In this document: positions 1 through 11,360 of the stretch, piece after piece
How positions within the stretch are numbered: the stretch's first letter is position 1
How the letters are laid out: each line of letters begins with the position of its first letter
Assembly (NCBI GenBank): GCA_052055015.1
Contig: JBQJIT010000014.1
Strand: one strand, 5' to 3'
Source: Malassezia furfur
Lineage: Eukaryota
DNA length: 20,000 nucleotides
Position numbers and translations under genes: made by a program
The notes under the pieces: model-generated
Database searches by the model: none
Seen by the model: only the letters and a program-made list of their open reading frames with translations
What the model was told of the DNA's origin: nothing

Positions 1-2088
1 CCTGCTGCTCGAGGTGCAGCGAAAAGACGGCGGCAAACTCGTTCGCGGACGCCTGGCCCTTTTCGATCATCGACAGGACGTACTCGGGCGTCGCGGCGGT
101 GTTGCCCGAGGCGGTCGGCGCCTCGAGGCCGTACAGCGCCTCGTCGATCTTGTCCGCGCACGCCTGCAGGATCGAGTCGATGATCGTACTGAGCTTCTTG
201 GCGTTGTCAAGGATCACCGTGTCGATCTGCGCGTTGACTGCGTCGTCGTTCACGCCGCGGTCGAGGCGCAGGTCGTTCAGCTCGCGGATCGTCGAGTCCA
301 TGCCCTCCTGCACGATGAGCAGCTCGGCGTCCTTCGCCTCCAGCTGGCCCTTGTGCGAGCGCAGCTCCTCCTCGAGCTCGGCGATCTGCGCATTCATGCG
401 CGACATGATCTGCGACACCTCCGAGCCGCGAGCCTGTGCTGCGTCCTCGGCGCGCTCCTCGGCAAAGCGCAGCTCGCGCTTGAGGCGCTCCACCTCCTCC
501 TTCTGGCCGCCGCGCAGCCGGTCAAGCTCGAGCCGTGCACGGTCGCGCTCGCGGATCATGTCGGACAGCTCGAGGTTCTTGGCCTTGACATCGCGCTCCA
601 TGCGCTCCATCTTGTTGATCGACTCCTGCGCGCTGCCTGCCTTCAGCTGCACCTGCTTGTACTTGGCGAGCAGGTCGAGGTGCTCCTTGCGCAGCTGCGA
701 GTAGAGCTTCGCCAGTGCCTCGTACTTGCTGCGCCACGTCTCGGCCTGCTCCTGCAGCTGGGCCACCATCTCGTCCTTGGACGCCATCTGTGCGGATGTA
801 TTCGCATTGATCGCCGCCAGCTCCGTCTCGAGCTGGCGCACACGCCCGTCGTACTGTTGGAGCATCAGCTGGTCCCGCTCGTACTGTCCGCGCATCAGGA
901 GCAGCTCACGCTCCATCTCGGCAACCCGGCCGTGGATGTGGTTCATCTGCTGCGACCGCATCAGCTGCTCCTGCGCCGCGCGCTGCTGCTCGGCCTGCTC
1001 GGCCTGCTGCGCCTGGAACGCGCGCTCCTGCTCGGCGGCACGCTCCATCAGGCGCCGCTGCTCGGCGGCCTCCGACTCCTTAAGCGCACGCTGCTTGTCC
1101 TCGTACTCTTTGAGCATGCGCGCCTGCTGGTCGATCTCGTCCTGCGTCGCCGTCGGCTCGGCGGGCGGCGGCGTCTCTGCGCGCGGCGCCTCGCGCGGCG
1201 GGAGCGCCGGCACGTCCGGCGGCGGGGCAAGCAGACTCGGCGGATCGGTGTTGAGCTTGGGCACATTGATCAGGCTCGTGAGGAACTTGAGCGACGCACA
1301 CTCAAAGTAGAAGCGGCGCAGCTCGTGGTGCTGCTCGTTGTAGCGCCCACGCAGCGGCTCGAGCGCATCCATCGCATCCATGCGGCGGTGCATCGCACGG
1401 AGCATCGACGTGAGGAACTTGTAGATGCCGTACGACTCCTTCACAAGTGGCACCAGCGACGAAATCTGGCACTCGTTGTTCACGCGGCCCTGCAGCGACG
1501 AGAACACCTGCTTCTGGAAGCGCTCAATCCGATCCTGCAGGTTCATCAGCTCAATGATCGTCTCGTAGCCCTCGTCGGGGTTATCAATGTTCTTCAGCGA
1601 GATGTACTCCTCGTACTCAAACAGGCCGTTGAATTCCTTGTGGATGCGGTGGAAGCGCAGCTTCGCATTGATGAATGACACGTACGCAGAGATCAGTGTG
1701 CCATAGCCACGGCGCACCGAGTTGCCCGACATACGCGCGCACGTATCAAGCCAGTTGCTTTGCGACTGCGCCTCGCGCAGGACAATCGGGTGGCCCTCCT
1801 GGAGCACCTTGTGCACCAGGATCAGCGCCTTGAACGTCTGTACTTCATCGTTCAGGATGGGCAGCACACGCAGACCCGACCACACCGACAGGGACGACTT
1901 GTGGTCCCAGGTGTACACAATGCATTCTGCGTGAGCCAGCGCGACGTACTCCGGACATGCTTTTGCTTCGGCGCAGTCTCTTCAGGGCTCGTCGCCTTTT
2001 TCAGATGCACCACGAGCTCCTGCTCGGTCTTGTCGCGATCAAAGGGGCGCGTCGCGCTACCCAGCAGCTGATCGGCGTACCGCGACAT
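1..2088 (-). CDS. SLA2: Sla2/End4/HIP1R-family endocytic adaptor (ANTH domain + coiled coil); 3' end lies outside the window; intron 1927-1949
   Basis: ATG at 2088 (MSRYADQLLG...LKKATSPEETAPKQKHVR). Removing the 23-nt intron GTACGTCGCGCTGGCTCACGCAG gives KHVRKCIVYTWDH...FKALILVHKVLQEGHP...FNGLFEYEEYISLKNIDNPDEGYETI and later WRSKYEALAKLYSQLRKEHL, all characteristic Sla2 motifs. The frame stays open to base 1. Confidence 0.95.
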
Positions 2089-2180
2089 CACAGCGGCGCT
2101 CTTCCAACCTCCGCGCACGCGCACTCCACCGGTGGCGGGTCGTGCGCAAGCTGACTAAGCAAACGGGACCGGGCGGGGGG

Positions 2181-2189
2181 AAAAAGAAA
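2181..2189 (-). terminator. Pol III terminator of the tRNA gene
   Basis: TTTCTTTTT directly follows the discriminator base on the minus strand. Confidence 0.75.
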
Positions 2190-2272
2190 TGACCAAGGTG
2201 GGGATCGAACCCACGAATAACGGCGTGAAAGGCAACCTAAAGCCGTCGCAGTAACCACTTTGCTACTCGGCC
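2190..2272 (-). tRNA. tRNA gene, most simply tRNA-Leu(UAG) with a 10-nt intron (2226-2235) and an atypical short variable loop
   Basis: Minus strand folds as GGCCGAG TA GCA-AAGTGGTTAC-TGC G ACGGC-TT TAG G [TTGCCTTTCA] C-GCCGT TATTC GTGGG-TTCGATC-CCCAC CTTGGTC A. A and B boxes are present. The tRNA call is secure; the isotype is less so. Confidence 0.85.
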
Positions 2273-2313
2273 GCAAGATCCCTGCTACGGTCGGAAGGAA
2301 CGCGTTTTGGAGT

Positions 2314-3686
2314 CTAGGCTACGGCCATACGCAGCTCGGCAAGCACCGCGTCCCAGAACAGCATCGCGTCGGGCACAAGGCCCACGTTAAACACAGTGTG
2401 TGGCGCAGGCGACTCCTGGCCCAGCGTGATCTCCGCCAGGGGGATATCGCCAAGCTGGGGGTGCACCTGCGACGACCACAGCCGCCCGTTGGTGCCACGC
2501 ACCGTGTCGCGGCCGTCGAGGTAGAGCGACGCGGTGCGCGCGTTGTTGAGCTGTGCCACGCGGTTGGCGTACACAAACGGACGGTCGTTCGAGTCGTCGG
2601 TCGGCTTGAACGACGCACGCAGGCTCTCGAGCAGTGCACGCACCGAGCCGTGTGCGTCCGGCGCCGGGAGCGGCAGGCTGCGCCACGCAACGCGCGCGTT
2701 GCCGACCGTCTTTTGCAGCGACGTAATCATGTCAACGGTGCGCGCGCGCCAGTTTTTAATGCGCTGCTCCGTGAGGTCCTGCGAGGTAACGAGGCCCATC
2801 TGCGCGTCCTCCATGGCCCACGTCGCCAGGTCCCACAGGCCCGACGAAAACACGGCAAGGTCCACGCCGTTGCGGCGGAGAGGCAGCGAAGCGACAGAGC
2901 GGGGCGCCTTGAGCGACTGCAGGTAAACGCTCAGCAGCTCCTCCATGCGCGCCTCGAAGCGTTGCGGGGGGTAGTACGTCGGCTGCTTGTGCCAGACATT
3001 GGATGTCTCAGTACCGTAGTGGTAGAACGAGGTGAAAAGCGCGTCAAACTGGTCGATGTAGCAGTAGTCGGCCAGCAGCGTGTCTCCCGGCGGCGTCTCG
3101 CTGTCGACATTCTTGAGCGCACCGCCGAATGCGTGGTCGGCCGTGACGCTGACGCTCGAGGTGCCGAGCATCGTGCACAGGTTCTGCACCATAGCACGGT
3201 CCAAGGCGTCACCGACGAGCAGCACCGTGCGGTTCTGCAGCACACGCTCTAGCTCCTGCCGGTCCTGCGCCGACATGGTCACAGGGCGGTTCGTGGCCAC
3301 TGGACCCGCACTCGCAGTAGGCACGGCGGTGAGTAGGTGCGCAAACAAACGCGGGGATTCGCACGACTCGTCAAACGACTTCCACACGGGGTAAGGATCG
3401 TGCGCGACGTAGCCCGGCTTCGTAAACGAGCTGCAGGCGCCGCTGCGTGCGACACGCGACGCCATCGAGTTCGGCACCGAGCTGTGGGGTAAGCACATGG
3501 CGAAACAACCTACCCAGGTACCCCACCCAGCGAAGCAAGCATGGAGATCACGAAAAACACCAAGGACAAAACTGCGTCAGATCAGTACAACCTACCCGTC
3601 AGAATATTACCCAGGCGCTGCACCTGGGAGTCGCCACGCGCAGCGCGCGAGCCACCCGTCAAGGGTCGATGCCCAGCGTCAGACAT
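2314..3686 (-). CDS. CAP64/CAS3-like (PC-esterase/SGNH-type) type II membrane protein, about 438 aa; introns 3572-3595 and 3482-3513
   Basis: ATG at 3686. Two GTAGGT...CAG introns (24 and 32 nt) join an N-terminal hydrophobic segment (ILTVLSLVFFVISMLASLGGV) in frame to ORF 2314-3498. That ORF contains NRTVLLVGDALDR, FSSGLWDLA, VAWR and RVAQLN, matching the PC-esterase motif pattern. Confidence 0.7.
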
Positions 3687-3734
3687 GGTCTATGAAGGCT
3701 AGGGAAGAGCGCGGCGCCGAGCCCCACGTGGCTT

Positions 3735-4574
3735 TTACGCTACGGGGCACCCCGGCCGTGATGGCGCGTGCGCCGCGGCGGCGTCCTCGGCCATTTTTTG
3801 GGCAAGCACGAGTTGCTCAGACTCGGACAGCAGGCCGCGCGCATGCCGCGCCTGCATCGCGCGGATGGCCGAGCGGCGCTCTTCGGCGGCGCGGCGCTGA
3901 GTGGCGCGCGAGGCCCGTGCAGCGGGCGGCGCAGCCGATGGCGGCGGCGACGGCGCGTCCAGGGGGGGCGCACTGGCGCCTGAGGGTATCGATACGGCCG
4001 CCAGCTTTGCGCGGCCGGCGTTCCCCGCGGCATGGATCTTGTCTCGGAGGCTAGGAAGGGCGCCGCGCGGTGCGTCGGTGCGACCGCGCACGGATGGGGT
4101 CGATGCGCATGCGGCACAGTCATGCTGCTGCTGCGCGCGGTGCTTGGTGCAAAACCGCGCGTGGCATTGGGGGCACTCGATCGCGACATGGAGCACCGTA
4201 GTACACGTAGGGGCGGCACACTGGCGTGTCGCGGGCCGTACGGCCTGCTCGCCATCTTCGGCGAGTACAACCTTACATCCACCAAGGGCAACGGACGGCG
4301 CAGCCCAGTGCCGCTGGAGCTGGCGCTGCGTCTCCTGGGGCGATGCGCCGCGCACCCAGCCGCGGGGCGGCTCGCGACAAAGAGGGCACAGCGGCGCGAA
4401 AAATTCCCGCACGCCTTGCGGGCACGCGTGTGCGTCAGGCGTGGCGTGGTCGGCGCAGAATTTGTGCTGGCATGCCTGGCACATCAGCGGGAGGAACTCT
4501 TCGCGCCGGCACGCGAAACAGGGCGCGCCGATGAGGAGCATCGGCCCCGTGTCGCGCTCGGCGCGCGAGGCCAT
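3735..4574 (-). CDS. AN1-type zinc-finger protein (Cuz1/ZFAND2-like), 279 aa, C-terminal CaaX-like CPVA
   Basis: Two AN1 fingers: CFACRREEFLPLMCQACQHKFCADHATPDAHAC and CAAPTC...IECPQCHARFCTKHRAQQQHDC. Start placed at ATG 4574. Confidence 0.85.
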   Translation of the reverse strand: MASRAERDTGPMLLIGAPCFACRREEFLPLMCQACQHKFCADHATPDAHACPQGVREFFAPLCPLCREPPRGWVRGASPQETQRQLQRHWAAPSVALGGCKVVLAEDGEQAVRPATRQCAAPTCTTVLHVAIECPQCHARFCTKHRAQQQHDCAACASTPSVRGRTDAPRGALPSLRDKIHAAGNAGRAKLAAVSIPSGASAPPLDAPSPPPSAAPPAARASRATQRRAAEERRSAIRAMQARHARGLLSESEQLVLAQKMAEDAAAAHAPSRPGCPVA

Positions 4575-4691
4575 GGCGTACCTGTTCGCCTGGGAAGTAT
4601 GCGAATTTTTGCTGGGGCGTGCGGGCGCCGGGAGCCAGTCACACAGGTCGGCGCAGCGCCGTGCGCCCTTTAACTTTCTGCCAAGCCTGTC

Positions 4692-6892
4692 ATGGTCGGC
4701 GGATCCTCGGGCCCGTCGTGTGAGGTGCTTTTGCACCTCACGAGCGAAATCGTGTGGACATGTCCACCGACGGCCACGAATGTGCCCACACAGGACAAGA
4801 TGCTGGATGGTGTCGTGGAGATCGAGTGCCCCGTACGTGTGTTGTCTGACCGCAGAGCGACCGGATGGTCCACGGTGTGCAGATCCATCTGCGCGGCACG
4901 CAGATCGTGGGGATCCCGCCAGATACGCCGAGTACGAGCAGCAAGGAGCGCGGCCAGCTGCGGTGGGAAGAGCATGTGGTGCTCGATCGCACGCTCCGCT
5001 ACCAGATACCCGGGAAGGACGGGCACACAGTGCACGACCATCCCACGCGCGCGCGCTCGCTCAAGGACCGTGTGCGCGACAAGACGCACGCGAGCGAAAC
5101 TGAGGCCGGCAGCGGCGCGAGCTCCATGTTCCTCGAGCGCGGCTTCCACGACTTTGAGTTCCACTTTATCATCCCCGCGTGGGCAGCGCCGTACGAGCGG
5201 TGCCGGTATGGGCGCACGCGCTACCTGATCACAGCGAGTGTGCCGGGCGCCGGACGCAACGGCTCTACCGTGGTCGCGCAGCGCGAGGTATTTGTCGTGC
5301 AGCAGCACACGACCGACGGCGGGCCGCTCCCGGTCGAGATGCACTTCCACGACATGCACGACGCGCTGGGCCTGATCTCGATCGGCCTGACGAGCGCCTC
5401 GATCACGGTCGGCGGCATTGCGGCGCTGGCGGTCGTGCACCCCAAGCCGCCGCCGAACGTCAACGTGCACATGGTGCGTGTGTTTATCGAGCAGCGCTAC
5501 GAGATCTACAATCACCGCACGCAATCCAACGTCTCCCCGCCGCCCGAGAAACTCAAGGTGTGGGAGGTGGGGAGCCTGCCGCGCCTCGGCACCAACGCGG
5601 GCGCCGTCACCACGCCGGCGCTGTGGGCGCAGGGCGTGCTGAGCGCCGCGGGCGTCCAGCCAGGGCGGCGCCTGGGCAATGCGGCGATGCACGTCTACCC
5701 CACCGTCCAGCCGCTCGCCGAGTCGCTGCAGGTGGATGAGCGGCCGCTGAGCGAGATCCCCGATGCGGGGCGGTATGGCTACCGGATCAAGTCGGTGGTG
5801 CGCCTGCCGGACGACAACCGCCTGCGGCCGACCACGGCGCGCGGCACACGCACCGACATCCGCATCTCGCACGAGATGGGCGTCGAGGTGCTCTTCTCGC
5901 GCACCGACGTGCTCGACCAGCGGCCGGATAGCGACTTGTACGGCCAGCCCAAGGTGCAGGTGTTCTCCGTGGCCAAGGCGGTGACGATCCCGTCGTGTGC
6001 ATTCACCTTTGACGCCATCCACCTCCCGCCATACTCGCAAGAGTCGCCGGCCATCTCTCGGCCGCCATCGCCGCTGCAGCACGGGCGGCGTTCCGAGACG
6101 TTTACGCCGCTCACCACGCTCACCGGCACCGCAACGCGCACGCCGCCGAGCGGGAGCGGCGGCAGCAGCGCACGCACGCCGCCCCCGATGACCGGCGGTG
6201 CGCTGTCCACCGAGCCGGACTGGAACCGGTTCTTGCACTCGCTCACCAACTCGCTGTCCGCGACCAAGATCCGCTCGCACGGCTCGTCGCGTGCCGCGAG
6301 TCGCGACACGTCGCCGACACGCTTCGGCTTCGGACGCTCCCGGCCATCGTCGCGTACATCGTCGCGCCCCGCCTCGCGCCCATCCTCGCCGCCCCCAGCG
6401 CACCACGAGGGGAGCGGCACATCGACCCCCGTCGTCGCCGTACACCGCCCGAACGACACGAGGCCCCGCTCGCGCTCCGGCACGGTGATGTCGGGCGACC
6501 GCTCTGCGCCGCGCAACCTCCCAGCGGGCACGCCGTGGGCCGTGTCGAATCTGCCGCCGCGTGTCGGCGAGAGCCACGACATGTGCAACTGCGGCGAGAC
6601 CACCGAGCACCTTGTCGAGGCCGAGGAGCGCTTCCTCGAGGGTGCACCGACCGCGCCAGGTGCGTGGGTCGACACGGTGCCACAGGGCGCGCGGCTCCCG
6701 CCGTGGACGCCGTCGTCGCGCCCCACGAGCCCGACACAGGAGTGGCTCGCGTCCTATGCCCAAAATTCCGCACCCACGCCGCCGCCCGTCAAGCGCGACT
6801 CGCGGCGCGGCGCGCCGACGGCGCTCACCAGTATGAACCCCACCACGAGCCCCGCGGCGACGACCGAGACGACGCCATACATGGGCAGTTGA
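4692..6892 (+). CDS. Alpha-arrestin / arrestin-domain protein, about 725 aa; intron 4833-4855
   Basis: Exon 1 (47 codons, ...LDGVVEIECP) is joined in phase 0 by the 23-nt intron GTACGT...CTGACCGCAG. Arrestin_N-like GFHDFEFHFIIPAWAAPYERCRYGRTRY, PY motif LPPYS, Ser/Pro/Arg-rich tail. Confidence 0.8.
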
Positions 6893-6907
6893 TTTGCGCT
6901 ACAGAAC

Positions 6908-9900
6908 CTAAAAGTAGAGACTCGCAGCAAACACAATATCTCGGCGGATCAGCTGCTGGCACGTCTCCATCTTTTGGAGCAGATCCATGTCGCCAATCAC
7001 GCGCGAGGCGTCGCGCAGCTCGCGGAACGTCTCGTCGAGGCGCGTGATGCACCGCACGATGGTGCCCTCGCCGATGTCGGTGAGCTGCATGATCTCCTGG
7101 AAGTTGGTGCCGCGCGCCCACTCGTACACGACGTGCACGAGCCCCGTCTTGAGCGCAGACGCGTCCTCCTCGGTGCTGATTTGGTGCGCGATCTGCACCG
7201 TCGACACGCGCTCGGCCACCTGCACAATGCGCTGGTAGCCCTCCTGGAGTCGCGGCGCAAGCGGCGCCTCGGTGGCCGACTTCTCCTTGAAGTGGAACAC
7301 GGTGAGCAGCGCGGCGATCTCCGCGGGCTCGTACTCCATAAACATGTTGTCCAGCACCAGCTCGGTGAGCACCAGCTCGTTGGCGCTGCGCATCTCGCAC
7401 GCGACGCGGCCCTTGAGCAGCACCGTCTCCGACTCTGGGTCGATGAACCGCAACGCCTTGAGCACCTCCACACGCTGGTAGTAGTCGGGGAGCAGCTCGA
7501 GGTTCTGGTCGGAGAGCGAGGCGGCGATGCGTGCGGTTTGCTGCTGGAGCTGCCGGTACTTGTGCATCATCTGATAGTCGCGCAGGAACGTCGGCTCACG
7601 CTGCGCGGCCTGTAGCGGGACCAGCTCGCGCAGCGCGAGGTCGCGCGCGCTCTTGGCCTCCTGGAAGTCGAGGCGCCGCAGGCGCGTCCAGTCCACCTCG
7701 AGCGACAGTACCGACACCGGTGCCTCGTCGCCCGACTGCTCCAGCAGCGTCGCGAGCGCGTTCATCGCGGGGCGCAGCTGCTCCAGGGCGCGCCGCATCG
7801 CCGACGGCCGCCGCGTCTCGATCGCCGGTACAGGGATCGACTCGCAGAAGGAGGTCACAAACGCGACGCTCGCAAGCGGCACCTCGCGGATCGCCGGCAG
7901 GATGTCGGTCGCACGCAGCATCGGCGCGACGGGTGCCGAGAGCCACGCGGGCGTCACCGCATCTGCGCGCAGCGTGCGAGCCGTCTTTTGCTCGGGGGTC
8001 AGCGCGGCAAGCACGAGGTAGTGTTCGCCCGTGACCGGGCGCACAATGAATGCGGGCGTAAAGTCAAAGAAGCCGTCACGTAGCAGTACGACACGCCCGG
8101 AGCCGAGGCACTTGCTCCCCTGCGGGTGGTTGTACGCGAGGCCGAGCAGTGTCTGATTGGACTGCACGGCGGTGCGCGACGCGTCGTAGAAGCGCTCGAG
8201 CGTCGCGCGCGGCAGCGTGCACGACTTGAGATCCTGCTCGAGCTCGGCGATGCGCCCCTCGAACTGGCGCAGCTTATCCTGCTGCTGCGGCAGCAGGCGT
8301 TGCGTTGCGTTCTCCGAAAAGGAGCGCTTGATCATCTCCTCGACCTTGAGCGCCTCGACGCGCAGCAGATTGAGCACCATCGAATAGGTGATGCGGAACT
8401 GCGACTGGAGCTTGCGCGACTGCCCAAGAATCATCTTGTTGAGGCCGTTCACGTCGGGCAGGTCGTCCGAGTGCATCAGGATCACCACACCGGTCGCGTC
8501 GAGGCCACGGCGGCCCGCGCGGCCCGACATCTGCGTGTATTCACCGGAGAGCAGGTTGCGGAAGCCCGTGCCGTCGTTCTTGCGCGTGCTCGCAAACACC
8601 ACCGAGCGCGCCGGCATGTTGACGCCCATCGCAAACGTCTCGGTGGCAAACAGCACCTTGACCAGGCCGCGCTGGAACAGGATCTCGACGAGCTCCTTGA
8701 GGATGGGCAGTAGACCGCTGTGGTGCACACCGATCCCGCGGCTCAGCAGGTCGCGCATGCGCAGGATCTGTGGCAGCTCGCGGTCCGCGTCCTTGAGCCG
8801 CATCAGGCTGCGCTCCACCACGACGTGCACCTCGCTCTTCTCCTTTGCGGTGGACAGGTCCGTGCTCGAGAGGCTGTCGGCGTACTCCTCGCACTTGCGC
8901 TTCGAGAACACAAACACCACGACAGGCAGCAGCTGCTTCTTCTTCAGCAGGCCCACGAGGTGCACAAACGCCGAGCGGTCGACGCCCATGCGCCGCGGCG
9001 CACCAACGGCACCGCCGCCACGTCCACCGCCGCGCGCGCCACCGCCACCGCCACGTCCGCGCGCCGGCGGTTTGCCGCGCTGGCCGCCAGCCTCGCGTTC
9101 GCGCACCTGCTTCGGCTTGGCGGCCTCCATGGCGTCGTGCGCGCCGTTTGACAGGAAGCGGCCGTTGGCATCGACAATCTTGTACAGCTGCTTGCCGGCG
9201 TACACAAAGTGCTCGAGCGGCACGGGGCGTTTCTGTGTCGAGATGACATACACGTCCTTCTTCTTCGTCCGGCCGACCCACCCGGCGAACTCGCGCGTGT
9301 TGGGCACCGTCGCCGAGAGCAGGATGATGGTGATGTGCGCGGGCAGCAGGATGATCACCTCTTCCCACACCACGCCGCGCTCCTGGTCGTTGACATAGTG
9401 CACCTCATCAAAGATGACAAACTCCACGTCCCGGATCAGGTCGGCGCCGCGGTACAGCATGCTCCGCAGGATCTCGGTGGTCATGATCAGGCACGGCGCC
9501 TCGGGGTTGATCTGCACGTCGCCCGTAAGGATACCGACGTTCTCCGCGCCGAAGGTCTTTTTAAACTCGCGGAACTTTTGGTTGGAAAGCGCCTTGATGG
9601 GCGAGGTGTAGATGCAGCGCGTCATGTGCTTCATCGCGAGCGCAATCGCGTACTCGGCCACCACCGTCTTGCCTGCAGACGTGTGCGCGGCGACAAACAC
9701 CGACTCGCTGCGCTCCAAGTGGTACACAGCCTGCTTCTGGAACGTGTCCAGCTCAAAGGGAAACTCGTGCGCCATGTCGGGCACCAGCTCGTGGAAGTTG
9801 GGCATCTCCTTGTGCGTGTTCACCATGCGCGCCCACTGCCGCTTCTCCTCGGGCGGTGCCTCTTCCACGCCGTGGAACATGCGTGGAATGGACTCCACCG

Positions 9901-10601
9901 GCAGCATTTCGTCGACGAGCGCATCGTCGTTGCGGGGCGCCGGCGCCTCGTCAGGCATGCGGTACAGTCCGTCGGCATCAGCCGTGATTACCGTGCGCTC
10001 CGGCGCCGTAATTGCCGGCAGCCGCGCAGCCCACTCGGGCACCGCATCGCCGTGCACCGCCTCGGTGTCCAGGCCGCGCGTAAAGCCCGGCGGCACACGG
10101 CGCAGCGCTTCGCCCGTCGCGCCGCCGGAGGCCGTGTCCTCCTCGACCGCATCCTCCTCGAGGCCACCGGGACGGAATGGCGCAGCACCCGACTTGCCAC
10201 GTACGAACGTGTGCGCGGGATTGATGGGACGCTGCATCGACATGTTGGGCGTTGCACCTTGGCTCAGTTCCTGCAGCGCTGCGGCGGTCGGCACCTCGCG
10301 GTAGCCTACCACGGCGCCGTGCAGGCCGCTGCGCACAAATTCAAGCGTTGCAGTGCTCGGCGAGGGGTCCATCGCCAGCATCGTGTCGTAGCGCGGCTCG
10401 CGCGTCCAGTGCCTGGGTAAGTGCGCATACGACGTACGCTTGGTCCTGCACCATCCACGCATGCTCCGGCTCCCACTTGGGCGTCAGCAGTGTGTCTGCA
10501 ATCTGTGCGCGACATTTTTCGGCGTCCGGACCGCCAGGTCGCAGCGCAAGGTCGCGCAGCAGGGTATCCAGCGACGGCGCCTCGTCCAGTGCCGTGCCCA
10601 T
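6908..10601 (-). CDS. SKI2: Ski2 DExH-box RNA helicase, about 1222 aa; intron 10413-10437
   Basis: AHTSAGKTVVAEYA, YTSPIKALSNQK, DEVHY, LSAT, ATETFAMGVNMPA, QMSGRAGRRGLD and C-terminal DSHCT RRDIVFAASLYF. N-terminal FVRGKSGAAPFRPGGL and an RG insert favour Ski2 over Mtr4. A 25-nt intron links ATG 10601 in frame. Confidence 0.95.
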
Positions 10602-10678
10602 GGTCAAACGTCTGGAAGAAGTGGAGGGAACAAGGGGGCGACCCCACGTCTACTAACGCTACACACGCCGGGGTATCC

Positions 10679-11303
10679 TTAGAAGCCTGCGTCAGCCATC
10701 AACACGCACAGCAGTCGCAGTCAAACGGACATAGCGGAGTGCCTGTGTCAGTAAGCCGGCGACGTACCTCCGCCTTGGTTCAATTTCAGCTCGTCCTCCG
10801 TAAAAATGCGGAAACCTTCTTCGGTGCGTTTGCCTGCATAAGTAGTGCCACGTACGGTCCTTGCCGCGCGAGTCTGCGAAGGACGCATCCTCGTCATCGA
10901 GTTTTGCGGGCCGCGGCTGCGACGGCGCGCTGCGCGTCTGGTTCGACGTGTCGTGCACGACGGTAGGCGCACGCGTCTTGGGTTTTGTGGGCACCGCAGC
11001 GCTGCCCTTTGCCAGAGCATCGCCCTTGGTTGCTCCAGAGGCTGCGCCTTTGTCCTTTCCGTCTTTGGTGCGTGGCGCCTTAGACGTGTTGGTCGGTGCG
11101 ACGTCGCTCTGTGCGCCCTTGCTGCTTTCCTGCTTAGCGCGCTTCTTGGTCTTCTTCGCACGGTCGTCACTAGCCTCGGTATTCTCCTCCAGGGAACGTT
11201 TGCTGCTCGCCTTCTTTTCCTTCTTCGTAGATGCCTGCTTGTCGTGCGACACGGGCGCTGACTTCCCGCCCAGCGCAGCAAAAATCTCGTCCACCTCGCT
11301 CAT
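10679..11303 (-). CDS. DUF1764-family protein, about 184 aa; introns 10834-10855, 10743-10767, 10687-10709
   Basis: Starts MSEVDEIFA, with a Lys-rich disordered middle. Three introns of 22, 25 and 23 nt restore DRKRTEEGFRIFTEDELKLNQGGGTPLCPFDCDCCF*, the DUF1764 C-terminal signature. Confidence 0.85.
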
Positions 11304-11360
11304 TATGGAATTGGGCCAAAATTCGCGTGCGTCGCTCGTGTGGAGGAGGCGTCGACGACC

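Noticed and set aside
14..1678. 554-aa plus-strand ORF and similar long ORFs (2260-3252, 4670-6763, 9209-10420, N-terminal half of 14052-16358)
   Set aside because: Antisense shadows of real genes caused by high GC3 and stop-codon scarcity; no recognisable motifs.
2237..2239. CUA codon reassignment implied by the odd tRNA(UAG)
   Set aside because: CTA occupies conserved Leu positions here (Ski2 HHSGLLP, DUF1764 TPLCPF, AGX-B positions aligned with CTG/CTC in AGX-A), so there is no sign of reassignment.
2238..2240. Ochre-suppressor (UUA) reading of the tRNA anticodon
   Set aside because: Requires shifting the stem by one base and removing position 26; the standard register gives UAG.
8990..9090. 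RGG/Gly-rich repeat in SKI2
   Set aside because: Known RG-rich insert of Ski2 helicases; a coding low-complexity segment, not a DNA repeat element.
10651..10657. Perfect TACTAAC on the plus strand
   Set aside because: Antisense to both flanking genes, with no nearby CAG acceptor at the spacing used by this genome.
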